Below, one piece after another: positions 17,116-27,129 of a stretch of DNA of 64,000 nucleotides. Made by a program: the position numbers and the translations under genes. Source of the DNA: Bradymonadales bacterium (GTDB lineage: Bacteria; Myxococcota_A; Bradymonadia; JAFGEP01); the NCBI GenBank assembly GCA_016931535.1, contig JAFGEP010000157.1, positions 917 through 64,916 on the forward strand. The letters are read 5' to 3'. The notes below the pieces were generated by a model. The model worked only from the letters and a program-made list of their open reading frames with translations. It searched no databases and had not been told where the DNA came from. Numbering within the stretch: the stretch's first letter is position 1; every line of letters begins with the position of its first letter.

Positions 17116-17898
17116 ATGAGAGCATGCAGGTGGTTCACGTTGATCGGTTGTCTGGTGATATCGAGCGGGGCCTGGGCGCAAGGCCAGGAGTTTCTGTCGG
17201 GGCGGCTGTACCAGGTCGCCCTGGAGCAGGCCGCCGACTTCGCGGGGGTGGGGGAGCCGACCTTCGGCACCCTGACGACCGGGGCATCACAGAGCTTCGA
17301 ACAGCAGCTGTCGGCGGGGAACTGCTACCTCTGGATGGCGGTGAGCGAGAACGGACAGAACGATCTGGACCTGGCGGTGTATGTAGGGGGGGCGCAGGTC
17401 GCGGGAGACAACGCCGTGGATGACTGGCCGATTGCGCGCTACTGCTCGGCCACCGAGACCGCTGCCCGGATCGACCTGTTGATGTATGCCGGCAGCGGGG
17501 GGTTCGGGTTCACCACCCATGCCAAGTACCTTGGAGGAGTGGACCAGATCGAGCTGATGATGAACTACAACGCCAGCATCTACGCATCCCAGCAGGTTCC
17601 CCAGGGGGAGATCGTGCGAGCCGTGCTGGCCACCGGGGGGGAGCAGATCTTTCCCGTCACGCTGGTCGAGGGGCAGTGCGTTGTGATCATCGGGGCGGCG
17701 GGACCGGGGGTAGAGGACATCGATTTCTTCCTGTTGGATCCGGAGGGCCAGACGGTGGCAACGGATCAGGCGGTGGACAACTATCCGGTTGTCGGAGTGT
17801 GCCCTGCCAGGTCGGGGAGTTACACGTTGCGGGCCGGAATGTACCGGGGGAGCGGGGAGTTCGGGTGGCGTCTGTACAGCGGAGGCTACCAGCGATGA
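17116..17898 (+). CDS. Secreted hypothetical protein made of two homologous ~120-aa Cys-containing repeats
   Basis: Signal peptide MRACRWFTLIGCLVISSGAWAQG. Repeat 1 (CYLWMAVSENGQNDLDLAVY...ARYC) and repeat 2 (CVVIIGAAGPGVEDIDFFLL...GVCPARSGSY) are alignable. Confidence 0.5.
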   Translation: MRACRWFTLIGCLVISSGAWAQGQEFLSGRLYQVALEQAADFAGVGEPTFGTLTTGASQSFEQQLSAGNCYLWMAVSENGQNDLDLAVYVGGAQVAGDNAVDDWPIARYCSATETAARIDLLMYAGSGGFGFTTHAKYLGGVDQIELMMNYNASIYASQQVPQGEIVRAVLATGGEQIFPVTLVEGQCVVIIGAAGPGVEDIDFFLLDPEGQTVATDQAVDNYPVVGVCPARSGSYTLRAGMYRGSGEFGWRLYSGGYQR

Positions 17899-17950
17899 AG
17901 GGGGGAGCCGATCGGCGGTCCTGGCCGATTGCACAACCGTGGCAGCAGCG

Positions 17951-19681
17951 ATGAACGAGATCCGAGCACTCATTGTCGAGCTGGTGACAGAGCAACTGGT
18001 CCAGCTGAAGGTCAAGGCCGATCGGTCGGAGGTGGAGAAGGCGCTGGGGCGGCCGCCAACACCGGATCTGGGGGACTACGCTTTGGGGTGCTTCGTCTGG
18101 GCCAAGACGCTGCGGAGGTCGCCGGCGTCCATCGCGGCCGATCTGGCTGGTCGTCTCAGCGAGCGGCTGGGGGAGTATCCGCTGCTCCGGGAGATCGCCG
18201 CGGTAGGTCCCTACCTGAACATCCGCCTGGACTCGGCACAGGTCGCCCGCCTCGTGGTGGAGCGATGTCTGTCGGGAGGGCTGATCGAGCGCCAGCCCGG
18301 CCAGGGAAAGACGGTGGTGATCGACTTTTCCTCCCCCAATGTGGCCAAGCCGTTTGGTATCGGGCACCTGCGCAGCACGGTCATCGGAGCGGCCATCGGA
18401 CGGATCTACCGCGAGCTGGGCTACCAGGTGGTCGGGATCAACCACCTGGGAGATTGGGGAACCCAGTTCGGGAAGCTGATGGCGGCCTGGCTTTCCTGGG
18501 GCGACGAGGAGACCTTCCGAGAACAGCCGATCGCGCATCTGTACGAGCTGTATGTCCGGTTTCACCGGGAGGAGGAGGCCGATCCGGGGCTGACGCAAGT
18601 GGCTCGGGACTGGTTCAAGCGGCTGGAGGACGGGGATCGGCAGGCGAGAGATCTGTGGAGGCGATTCCGGGAGGCAAGCCTGGCGGAGTTCGAGCGGATC
18701 TACCGACGGATGGGGGTCCGCTTCGAGCACGTGTGGGGGGAGGCCTTCTACGAGGACCAGATCGGCCCCACGGTGGAGCGGATCCGGAAGGCCGGCATCC
18801 TGGAGGAGAGCGAGGGGGCGATGGTGGTCCGGGTGGAGGAGTACTACCCCGACACCAGCCCCTGCCTGATCCTGAGGGCGGATGGGGCGTCACTGTACAC
18901 CACCCGGGACATCGCGGCCGTCCTCGATCGGTGGGAGCGTTTCCACTTCGATCGGATGCTGTATGTGACGGGGGCCGACCAGGCGGACCATTTCCGCAAG
19001 GTGTTCGGGGTGCTCAAGCGGTTGCAGTTGCCTTTTGCCGACCGCTGCGAGCACGTCCCATTCGGTCGGATCCACGGGATCTCCACCCGCAAGGGGACCC
19101 TCGTGTTCCTGGAGGACGTGTTCGATCGGGCTCGGGAGCTGTCGTTGGAGCTGATGCGCGATCGGGAGATGACCGACCCGGAGCGGGAGGTGGAAGCGGA
19201 GCGTATCGGCGTGGGGGCGGTGGTGTTCTTCGACCTGTCGAAGGAGCGGATCAAGGATTCGAGCTTCAACTGGGAGGCGATCCTGCAGATCACGGGGCGA
19301 ACGGGTCCCGGGCTGCAATATACCCAGGTGCGGTTGAAGAGCCTGCAGGCCCGTTACCTGGAACGCTTCGGGGAGTTGCCGGCACCGGAGGTGGTTCGCT
19401 GGGATCTGTTGAGGGAGCCGGAGCTGATGGGGTTGGTGCGCGATCTGGGGGAGTACGAGCAGGTGGTGTTTCGAGCGGCGCAATCGTACGAGCCGGCGAT
19501 CCTGTCGCGCTACCTGTTGGACCTGGCGGACGGGTTCAACACGTTCTATAGCAGCGGGCAGCGCATTGTGAGCGAGGATGCCCCGCTGTCGGCGGCGCGG
19601 GTGACGCTCTGCAGGGCACTGCTGGCGGTGCTGCTTTCCGGGATGAGACTTTTAGGGGTGCCGGCGCCGGATCGGATGTGA
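17951..19681 (+). CDS. argS: Arginine--tRNA ligase
   Basis: PNVAKPFGIGHLRS is the class-I HIGH-region equivalent of ArgRS. C-terminal DALR anticodon-binding region present. About 576 aa. Confidence 0.9.
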   Translation: MNEIRALIVELVTEQLVQLKVKADRSEVEKALGRPPTPDLGDYALGCFVWAKTLRRSPASIAADLAGRLSERLGEYPLLREIAAVGPYLNIRLDSAQVARLVVERCLSGGLIERQPGQGKTVVIDFSSPNVAKPFGIGHLRSTVIGAAIGRIYRELGYQVVGINHLGDWGTQFGKLMAAWLSWGDEETFREQPIAHLYELYVRFHREEEADPGLTQVARDWFKRLEDGDRQARDLWRRFREASLAEFERIYRRMGVRFEHVWGEAFYEDQIGPTVERIRKAGILEESEGAMVVRVEEYYPDTSPCLILRADGASLYTTRDIAAVLDRWERFHFDRMLYVTGADQADHFRKVFGVLKRLQLPFADRCEHVPFGRIHGISTRKGTLVFLEDVFDRARELSLELMRDREMTDPEREVEAERIGVGAVVFFDLSKERIKDSSFNWEAILQITGRTGPGLQYTQVRLKSLQARYLERFGELPAPEVVRWDLLREPELMGLVRDLGEYEQVVFRAAQSYEPAILSRYLLDLADGFNTFYSSGQRIVSEDAPLSAARVTLCRALLAVLLSGMRLLGVPAPDRM

Positions 19682-19707
19682 GTGCGGCCAACGAGGGCGG
19701 GCAGCGG

Positions 19708-21210
19708 TCAGAACCGGTACTCCACGCCGGTCTGGGCGCCGAAGGGGAAGTCCAGATCCTCGACCTGGGAGAAGAGGTAGAAAGCGAAATCGCCGGCCAG
19801 AAAGAGGCTAAAGGGGCCGGGGAGATCGAAGCTCACTCCGGCGCGCAGGTGGGGGCCGACCAAGAACAGGTCAGGCTGGATGACGATCTCGTGGGCCAGG
19901 CAGTCCTTACCTGGCTCGTAGGTCACGAACTGGCCGCCGGTCACCTTGCACCAGAAGTCATCGGTGGCCCGGAAGGCGCCCACCCGATTGCCTTCGATCC
20001 CGAAGGCGAAGTAGCTTCTGAACCAGGTGATGCGATAGGAGAGGATGAGTCCGATGATGGAGCGGAAGCTGTTGAAGCCGCTGAGCAGGTTGCCATCCGG
20101 GTCGCGCTGGCCGAAGAGCATGGTGGCTTGCCCGTAGAGAGCCAGGTAGTCGGTAAAGAAGTAGCTTAGGGCGACGGTGAGACCCTGGTTGAAGAAATAG
20201 CGCTCGGTGGGACGAGATCCGTAGAAGGTGTTGGCCCAGCCGGCCTGGATATTGATCGTCCCGTCGTCGCCGGGGCTGGGCGGGGGCGGGGGTTGATGGC
20301 GCAGGGGGTAGCAGGCCACGATACGGGAGATGGCTCGGCTCACCCGTTCGCGGCTGGAGCCGGTCTCGTCGGTCAGCAGGAGGACCTCGCGGGTGGAGCC
20401 CACAGCTCCGGAGAAATCTGCAACCTGGAGCACGAAGGAAAGCCCTCGGGAATCTCTGAGGAAGTAGGTGTAGACCAGGAGGTCGAGTTGGTGCTGTAAG
20501 GCCAGCGTCTGCAAGGAGGCTTCGTCCAGGTCGAGGGCTCGCCCATCCTCTCGGAGCAGCTCGTAGTAGGCATCCCGGTAGATCTCGACGACCTCTCGAG
20601 GGTACTGGTCGGGGGCGATGAGGAGGCTCGGATTGAGGCGGATCATCTCCCGAAAGGCGGCGCGGGCATTAGTGCGGGCCTCGATGGCGAGATCGGGGCG
20701 GGTCTGGGCCCGTTCGATGTAGGCCCTGGCCAGAAACTCGTAAGCGATGGCGACCTCTCTGGGGGTGGCGCGGGCCGCGCCGGCCAAGAGGTAGTGCTCG
20801 ATGGCCTGCTGGAGGGAGGGGATGGCGGTGTCGAGGTCATAGCGCCCGAACTCCTCCATCCCGTTGAGTCGGTACATGTCGGCCATCTGCGCGTAGATCT
20901 GGTTTTGCTGGAGATGCTGGAAGTCGGCCCGGTGGATCTCCTCCTCCTCGATCGGCTGGAAGCGGGGATCCTGCTTCAAGGTGTTGAGGATCTCCCGGTT
21001 CAGCTCTTGTCGGGAGAGATTCGGTGTGGCGAGCCCGGTTGGCCCCAGGCCGGGGTCGGCAAACAGGAGGGAGGGACCGAGCAGGGCGACGCGATAGGGC
21101 CACAGATCGGCGGCGGCTGCCGGGAAGGCCAGCAGGGGGAGCGCGCCGAGGAACGCCACCAGCCAAAGGAGCTTCGAGCGATCTCGGTTCTGGGGCAAAG
21201 AGGGGTTCAT
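19708..21210 (-). CDS. Hypothetical outer-membrane beta-barrel protein
   Basis: Signal peptide (LLWLVAFLGALPLLAFPAAAA). C-terminal half is beta-rich with alternating aromatic residues. Ends ...GVEYRF with a terminal Phe. 4-bp overlap with the upstream lipoprotein gene. Confidence 0.55.
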   Translation of the reverse strand: MNPSLPQNRDRSKLLWLVAFLGALPLLAFPAAAADLWPYRVALLGPSLLFADPGLGPTGLATPNLSRQELNREILNTLKQDPRFQPIEEEEIHRADFQHLQQNQIYAQMADMYRLNGMEEFGRYDLDTAIPSLQQAIEHYLLAGAARATPREVAIAYEFLARAYIERAQTRPDLAIEARTNARAAFREMIRLNPSLLIAPDQYPREVVEIYRDAYYELLREDGRALDLDEASLQTLALQHQLDLLVYTYFLRDSRGLSFVLQVADFSGAVGSTREVLLLTDETGSSRERVSRAISRIVACYPLRHQPPPPPSPGDDGTINIQAGWANTFYGSRPTERYFFNQGLTVALSYFFTDYLALYGQATMLFGQRDPDGNLLSGFNSFRSIIGLILSYRITWFRSYFAFGIEGNRVGAFRATDDFWCKVTGGQFVTYEPGKDCLAHEIVIQPDLFLVGPHLRAGVSFDLPGPFSLFLAGDFAFYLFSQVEDLDFPFGAQTGVEYRF

Positions 21211-22283
21211 GGGATCAATCCCTCGGGGAGGAGAACGGGGAAGAGGGCTCGATCCTGGGGGGCGACCTCTTGGAGGAGGATGCGGTTCGTGGCCTTGCGC
21301 GACGCAGTGGTCACGACCGCGAGGTTGCCGTGACGCTCGTGCTGGACGAAATAGACGCCAAAGCCCAGGGACACTTCGGCCAGGTCGCTGAAGATGGCGG
21401 CCACCGAGGGGTCGAGGTACTCGGCGGGCTCCTCGATGTAGAGAAGGACCTGGTCGAGGGAGAGGGCCACAACCTGGTCTCCGACCACATTGTGCCAGTA
21501 CTCTCCGGGTGAGGCCTGGTCCTCGAAGAGCACCACGTAGCCGAGGGAGTACTGAACCGCTCCTTCGGTGGGGTAGTTGGGGGCGCTCATCCCTTGAGAT
21601 GTGGGGAGGGGAGGGGTGAGCCTTTCTTTGGTGGACCAGTGGAGTTCGTCGCGATCGAGGCCGACGACAAAGGCGGTGTTGGGGTTGGTGCGGGTCACGT
21701 TGCCCTGGTCATCATACCCCACATAGACAATGGCCAGGGCCAGCTGTGCGTACTGCTCGGTGGTATGGGAGGGCAGCTCGATCTCGAGGTCGAAAGCGGT
21801 CGTGGTACAGGAACGATCGAGGGGCAGGCCAACGCGCTCCAGATCGAACTGGATCTGTTGGGCCTCCTCCTGGAGGGAGTTGAGGGGGAGGACATTGACC
21901 TGCCCCTGGATGGTGGAGGTATCGAGGGCGGTGAACTGGAACACGTGTTGCTTGCCGTCGGCCTGGTCCTCCATGGAGAAGCGGAAGGAGTCGTGGGATA
22001 GACGGATCGGTCCGAAGTAGCTGCAAGAGGACTCCAGGAAATAGGGGTTGTCGCGGGTATTGAGGTACTCGCCGATCTCGAAGAAGCGGATGACGCCGCC
22101 GACCTCCTCTCCAAATCGGAAGAGGGACAGCCGGTAGGCACGATCGCGGTCGGCGGGGATGGGCTGGGTCTCCTGGAACGTGCCGCGCAGTTCCTGTGGC
22201 TCGACGCAGCCAAAAAGGAGGGGGAGCAAGGCCGGGGGAAAGAACAGGGTGGCTGTCAGGAGGATGACCACACGTCTTTTCAT
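21207..22283 (-). CDS. Hypothetical lipoprotein
   Basis: Signal peptide plus lipobox LLFGC. Translationally coupled to the downstream outer-membrane protein gene. Confidence 0.55.
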   Translation of the reverse strand: MKRRVVILLTATLFFPPALLPLLFGCVEPQELRGTFQETQPIPADRDRAYRLSLFRFGEEVGGVIRFFEIGEYLNTRDNPYFLESSCSYFGPIRLSHDSFRFSMEDQADGKQHVFQFTALDTSTIQGQVNVLPLNSLQEEAQQIQFDLERVGLPLDRSCTTTAFDLEIELPSHTTEQYAQLALAIVYVGYDDQGNVTRTNPNTAFVVGLDRDELHWSTKERLTPPLPTSQGMSAPNYPTEGAVQYSLGYVVLFEDQASPGEYWHNVVGDQVVALSLDQVLLYIEEPAEYLDPSVAAIFSDLAEVSLGFGVYFVQHERHGNLAVVTTASRKATNRILLQEVAPQDRALFPVLLPEGLIP

Positions 22284-22420
22284 GTGGGGACCTTAGCGCT
22301 ATATGCCTAAATGAGCAATGGAGCGGTTGGGACAGTGCCAGGCGACCTGGGCGGTCTCAAAATACAACCGGGGAGGCAAGGGGGTTCGGGTTTGAAGAGT
22401 CGGGCCGGCTCCAACCCAGG

Positions 22421-24649
22421 ATGCCGATGCAGCAAGTGACGACAACACGTCCATTTGGGCGATACCAGCTGGAGCGCCTGATCGGACGAGGCGGGATGGG
22501 GGAGATCTACCTGGCCCGCATGGAAGGGGCGGCCGGTTTCCGGAAACCGGTGGTCATCAAGAAGATCCTGCCGCACCTGGCGCAACAGCCGGAGTTCTTG
22601 ACGCGCTTCATCGACGAGGCGCGGATCGTGGTGACCCTGACGCACGGCAACATCGTGCCGGTGCTGGACATGGGGGAGGTGGAGGGGGAGTACTTCATCG
22701 CCATGGAGTACATCCCAGGGCGCGACCTGGGCGAGGTCCTGCGCCGCTACCGAGAGCTGGGAGAGCTGATGCCGGTACGGCTGGGCGCGTTCGTCATCTC
22801 GGAGACCTGCCGCGCGCTGGACTATGCGCACCAGAAGACCGACGACCAGGGACAAGAGCTCCGGATCGTTCACCGGGATGTGAGCCCCTCGAACATCCTG
22901 TTGAGCCACGAGGGGGTGGTCAAGCTCACCGATTTCGGCATCGCCAAGGCGGTCAGCAAGCTGGGGCGGAGCATCACGGGGCAGCTGCAGGGGAAGTTCT
23001 GCTACATGAGCCCGGAGCAGGCCTCCGGGGAGATGCTCGATCACCGGGGCGACATCTTCTCGCTGGGGACGGTGGCCTACGAGGTCTTCACCGGAGTGAG
23101 GCTGTTCGAGGGGGAGAACGATCTGGATACTCTGAAGCGGGTTCGGCAGGCTCGGGTAATGCGACCCTCTGCCAGGCGGGAGGGGCTGTCGGCCCGCTTG
23201 GATGCGGTGGTGTCGAGAGCGCTGGCGCAGGCGCCCCGGGATCGATACCAGACGGCCCGCGAGTTCGGGACAGAGCTACTCCAGGCGGGAGATCCGGAGG
23301 GGAAAACCGGGGCGGCGGATCTGGCGGAGGAGCTGAGGCGGCTGTTTCCCGGCGGGGTGTCGGCGCTGGGCACCCCGCCGTCCGGGATGGGGCTGGATGC
23401 GATCATGGGGATGGAGGCCGAGCGGTTGCTGCTGGCCAGCCCTTCGGGGCGGAGCCCAACCCTGACGGCGCCGGTCCGGGTCCGGCAGGAGGAGCGAGAG
23501 GTGGCGGTGCGCCCGACACCGCCCTCGTTGCAGCCACCGCTGTTCACTCCCCAGGAGCTGGCGGCGATTACTGGGATGACGCAGATCAGGCCCCGCTATG
23601 GATGGGTGCTGTTGGCCTTGTTGGTTCTGGCCGCGGTGGCGCTTGTGCTGCTGTACCTGTGGCCGGGCTACCTGTTGCCGAGCTACCTGGAGGTGTCCTG
23701 CAACGAGGCGGGTGCAGAGATCCGGGTGGACAACCAGAACCGAGGGATCTGTCCGGTTCGGCTGGAGGTCGGTCCTGGAACGCACACCGTCTTCGCCTGG
23801 AAGGGGGAGCTGGAGGCGGAACAGCGGGTGCGGGTGGAACGGGGGGCGGTGCAGACGGTGGATCTCCTCCTGCAACGGGTGCGACCGGAGCCGATCGAGG
23901 TGACGGTGCGCACGGAACCGGTCGGCGAGTTCTCGCTGGACCACGGTTCGACCTGGCACGCGAGCGGAACCCAGCTGGAGCTGAGTCCGGGAGCGGTGGA
24001 TATCTGGGCTCGCCTGGATGGCAGCAGCCAGCCTCAGGTGATCCCACAGTACGCCTTCACGCCCCAGCGGACCGAGCTGCTCATCCCGTTGAGCCCCCCT
24101 CGACAGCCGGAGCCCCGGGTCGATGCGCCGGATGCGGGGGAGCCCGACCTGTCCGCGGAGGAGCTGGAAGAACCGGCGGTTGAGGTCGGGATCGCGCCCA
24201 GTCCGTCGCGTGTCCGGTTACGAGTATCGGTCAACCCACCGGACGCCTGGATCTACGATGGCACTCGACCGGTGTCTCAGGGATCGGCCAACTTGTCGTT
24301 CGGCCCGGACGACCCGCCGCATACGATCAGGGCGGTGGCGGAGGGATACGAGCCTGAGGAATGGGTCTTTGACCCGAGGAACGGCAGCGACCGGAAGGAT
24401 TTCACCCTTCACAGGCGGTCGCAGCAGCGCTATCCAATCCGGATCGTCCCGTACAACTACACCGGTTGCCGGGCCACCATCGACGGCCAGCTTCAGCCCG
24501 AGGTGCTGCCCAACAACTTCGAACTGGTCACAGGGGAGCACACGGTCCTGGTAGAATGCGAGGAGAGGGGGCTGACCGAGGAGCAGGTCATCGAGGTGGT
24601 GGAGAGCGACCAGGTGACGGTGCACCGATTTTTGACCCCTCCTCGATGA
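22421..24649 (+). CDS. Ser/Thr protein kinase with TM segment and C-terminal PEGA domain
   Basis: Hanks kinase motifs (GRGGMGEIY, VIKK, HRDVSPSNILL, DFGIAK, MSPEQ). Hydrophobic segment WVLLALLVLAAVALVLLYLW. C-terminal AEGYEPEEWVF PEGA-type motif. Confidence 0.85.
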   Translation: MPMQQVTTTRPFGRYQLERLIGRGGMGEIYLARMEGAAGFRKPVVIKKILPHLAQQPEFLTRFIDEARIVVTLTHGNIVPVLDMGEVEGEYFIAMEYIPGRDLGEVLRRYRELGELMPVRLGAFVISETCRALDYAHQKTDDQGQELRIVHRDVSPSNILLSHEGVVKLTDFGIAKAVSKLGRSITGQLQGKFCYMSPEQASGEMLDHRGDIFSLGTVAYEVFTGVRLFEGENDLDTLKRVRQARVMRPSARREGLSARLDAVVSRALAQAPRDRYQTAREFGTELLQAGDPEGKTGAADLAEELRRLFPGGVSALGTPPSGMGLDAIMGMEAERLLLASPSGRSPTLTAPVRVRQEEREVAVRPTPPSLQPPLFTPQELAAITGMTQIRPRYGWVLLALLVLAAVALVLLYLWPGYLLPSYLEVSCNEAGAEIRVDNQNRGICPVRLEVGPGTHTVFAWKGELEAEQRVRVERGAVQTVDLLLQRVRPEPIEVTVRTEPVGEFSLDHGSTWHASGTQLELSPGAVDIWARLDGSSQPQVIPQYAFTPQRTELLIPLSPPRQPEPRVDAPDAGEPDLSAEELEEPAVEVGIAPSPSRVRLRVSVNPPDAWIYDGTRPVSQGSANLSFGPDDPPHTIRAVAEGYEPEEWVFDPRNGSDRKDFTLHRRSQQRYPIRIVPYNYTGCRATIDGQLQPEVLPNNFELVTGEHTVLVECEERGLTEEQVIEVVESDQVTVHRFLTPPR

Positions 24650-24673
24650 GCGGGAGAGAGAGGCGGACGAGAC

Positions 24674-26053
24674 ATGGCGCAAGTGACCCAGACAGCCATC
24701 CTGGAGGGTGGAGACACGGTACTGAAGCTGCTGCGGTACGAGCTCAAGGTGCGCGATCCGCAGGGCCAAGTGACAAGTCATGCGTTTGATCGCCGGGAGG
24801 TGGTGATCGGGAGCAACCCGGATGTGGATCTGAGCCTGGACGACGAGAGCGTGTCTCGGCAGCACTGTCTGATCGAGGTGGGGGAGCTGGGGTATCGGCT
24901 GAGAGATCTGAACAGCAAGAACGGGACCTACGTCGGGGGGATGCGGGTGAACGATCTGTACCTGGAGCCGGGAGCTACCTTTGCGGTGGGTCGGCATCTC
25001 CTGCAGTTCGAGGTGGGGGAGCAGGAGGTGGAGATCCGACTGAGCGGCCGGAAGGAGTTCGGGGAGCTGATCGGGGGCAGCGTGTGCATGCGGGAGGTGT
25101 TTGGAGTGCTGGGGCGGGTGGCTCCCACCGACACGACGGTGCTGATCGAGGGGGAGAGTGGGACGGGCAAGGAGCTGGCTGCGCGGGCGCTGCATGACCA
25201 TAGTGGGCGGGGGAGGGGGCCGTTCGTGGTGTTCGACTGCTCGGCGGTGCCTGCGGAGCTGATGGAATCGGAGCTGTTCGGACACCTCAAGGGGGCGTTC
25301 ACGGGAGCGGTGTCGTCGCGCAAAGGGGCGTTCGAGCGGGCACAGGGGGGTACGCTGCTGTTGGACGAGGTAGGGGAGCTGAGTCTGGAGCTGCAGCCCA
25401 AGCTGTTGCGGGTACTGGAAAGTCGGCAGGTGACGCCGGTGGGTGGCGGTGAGCCGGTGACGTGCGATGTACGGATCGTGGCGGCGACCAACCGGGATCT
25501 GAAGAGAGAGGTGAGCGAGGGGCATTTTCGGGAGGATCTGTACTATCGTCTGGCGGTGATCCAGGTGGTTCTTCCTCCGCTGCGCAGAAGGCCGGAGGAC
25601 ATCCCCTTGCTGGTGGAGCGATTTTTGGGGGAGGTGTCGCGATCCACGGGGAAGGGGCCTCTGGCGGTCAGTTTTTCGACCATGGAGAAGCTCAAGAAGC
25701 ACCGTTGGCCAGGGAACGTGAGGGAGCTTCGGAACTTCGTGGAGCGGGCGGCGGTATTGGCCGAGGGGGATCGGGTGGAGACCCGGTTCTTGAAGCTGGG
25801 CCAAAGCCAGCAGACGGAGGGGGAGGGGGGCCTGCCGGAGGGGATCGGCGGAGATATTCAGATCGATGAAGATCTCCCGTTCAAGGATGCAAAGAACCGG
25901 CTGGTCGAGGTGTTCGAAAAAGCATACTGGACTCGACTGCTGGAGCGGACCGGTGGTAATATCAGCAAAGCGGCTCGAATTGCGGGAGTGCATCGGAAGA
26001 GCGCGGAGTACATACTGCGCAAGCTCGAGCTGGGACGGGGCGACTTGGAGTAG
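24674..26053 (+). CDS. Sigma54-dependent transcriptional activator with N-terminal FHA domain
   Basis: FHA core (VVIGSNPDVDLSLDDESVSRQHCLIE...NSKNGTYV). AAA+ sigma54-interaction domain (GESGTGKE, GAFTGA, ESELFGH). C-terminal Fis-type HTH. Confidence 0.85.
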   Translation: MAQVTQTAILEGGDTVLKLLRYELKVRDPQGQVTSHAFDRREVVIGSNPDVDLSLDDESVSRQHCLIEVGELGYRLRDLNSKNGTYVGGMRVNDLYLEPGATFAVGRHLLQFEVGEQEVEIRLSGRKEFGELIGGSVCMREVFGVLGRVAPTDTTVLIEGESGTGKELAARALHDHSGRGRGPFVVFDCSAVPAELMESELFGHLKGAFTGAVSSRKGAFERAQGGTLLLDEVGELSLELQPKLLRVLESRQVTPVGGGEPVTCDVRIVAATNRDLKREVSEGHFREDLYYRLAVIQVVLPPLRRRPEDIPLLVERFLGEVSRSTGKGPLAVSFSTMEKLKKHRWPGNVRELRNFVERAAVLAEGDRVETRFLKLGQSQQTEGEGGLPEGIGGDIQIDEDLPFKDAKNRLVEVFEKAYWTRLLERTGGNISKAARIAGVHRKSAEYILRKLELGRGDLE

Positions 26054-26209
26054 TGCTCGATCCGCACCCCGGGGAGCGAGATCAAGCTGATACCCCAGCA
26101 GGAGATCGGGAGCCTTCCAGGTCCGAGATCGTCATCGGGTCCAGGCCAGGGCGCCGGAGGGAGCCAGGCCGAGGGGTCGAGGTGGGGTGAATCGAGGAGG
26201 GCCGGCCTG

Positions 26210-26237
26210 ATGACAAGCGGGGGGAAATCGCTATAAT
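26210..26237 (+). promoter_or_regulatory. Sigma70-type promoter (ATGACA, 16 nt, TATAAT)
   Basis: ATGACA at 26210-26215 and a perfect TATAAT at 26232-26237. It sits about 35 nt upstream of the GTG at 26274. Confidence 0.5.
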
Positions 26238-26273
26238 CCACATCAACGTGCGGACGGGTAACGAGGCAGCGCT

Positions 26274-26648
26274 GTGGCAGAGACAAAAGGGTTACGCCAG
26301 TACCAGGTAGAGGCTCAGAAGCGGGGCCAGAAGACCATCCTGAACCTTTGGGTCTCCTTGATCCGGGGTCCGAGGGGCCAAAAAAAACTACTGGGAGAGG
26401 CGTATACGACCAATCCCGACCATCCGATGATCTACTTTCGAGTGGTGAACGCCGAAACGGAGGATGAGGTCTACCAGGAGTTTCTGCGTCTTCTGGTGCA
26501 CAGGGCCTATCTGCCGCTCCGGTTTCGTCAGCTGGAGAACAACCGGTACGGGGAATGGGGTTCCTGCGATTGCACCGGCATCGAGGACATCGAGCGGGTC
26601 ATGGAGCTGGAGGGGCTAAAGGGGGGGTCTTCAGCCAGCAGCCTCTAG
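26274..26648 (+). CDS. Small hypothetical protein (~124 aa)
   Basis: GTG start with GAGG 8 nt upstream. Balanced, protein-like composition (YFRVVNAETEDEVYQEFLRLLVHRAYLPL). Has its own canonical promoter. No recognisable family. Confidence 0.4.
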   Translation: MAETKGLRQYQVEAQKRGQKTILNLWVSLIRGPRGQKKLLGEAYTTNPDHPMIYFRVVNAETEDEVYQEFLRLLVHRAYLPLRFRQLENNRYGEWGSCDCTGIEDIERVMELEGLKGGSSASSL

Positions 26649-26728
26649 CCTGGCGCAAGAGACCGCCGTTCGAGTCCTCGCGGTCTTGTCATCTCTCTGG
26701 CATTCGACAACCCTGGGAACCACGTTTC

Positions 26729-27103
26729 GTGCCATCCATCCGGAAGCCGTTCCTTCTTTGGGCCATCGGCCTGGGGGCCTGGTTGTTCGCCATGGCAGGG
26801 GCGGCAGCTCCGCCAACCGGTGCCCAGGAGGAGGTGTCTGCGCCGGGAATGTCTTCGGCGCCTGACGGCAACATGGCGGAGGAGAGCGCGGCGGTCGCCG
26901 AGTTCGAGGCCGAGTTTCTCCGCGTGTTTTCCCGGGTGATGGCCGATCCTCGACCCCGTCGGTTCGGGGGGTGGTTCAGGCCGGCAAGCTTGGGCTTGAT
27001 ACTGGGCCTGCCCACCATCGTACTTCTGGTGAGCCGTCGTCACGACCTGGTCCGGGCTATGAGGGCGACCAGTCGGGGGCGGTCCGAGGGGGGCGATCCC
27101 TAG
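26729..27103 (+). CDS. Possible small secreted/membrane protein (~125 aa)
   Basis: Putative GTG start. Signal-peptide-like KPFLLWAIGLGAWLFAMAGAAAP and a later TM-like LGLILGLPTIVLLV. Weak RBS. Confidence 0.25.
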   Translation: MPSIRKPFLLWAIGLGAWLFAMAGAAAPPTGAQEEVSAPGMSSAPDGNMAEESAAVAEFEAEFLRVFSRVMADPRPRRFGGWFRPASLGLILGLPTIVLLVSRRHDLVRAMRATSRGRSEGGDP

Positions 27104-27129
27104 ACCTCGTTGTACACACAGGAGGCCAC

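Noticed and set aside
24218-25993. 591-aa minus-strand ORF opposite the Ser/Thr kinase and sigma54 activator genes. The same holds for many others, e.g. 2228..3424, 6816..8162, 27100..29019, 46033..47283, 47941..49668 and 44532..47831.
   Set aside because: These are antisense shadow ORFs typical of high-GC DNA. They are extremely Arg/Pro/His/Gly-rich, overlap genes with clear motifs, and have no RBS or sensible start.
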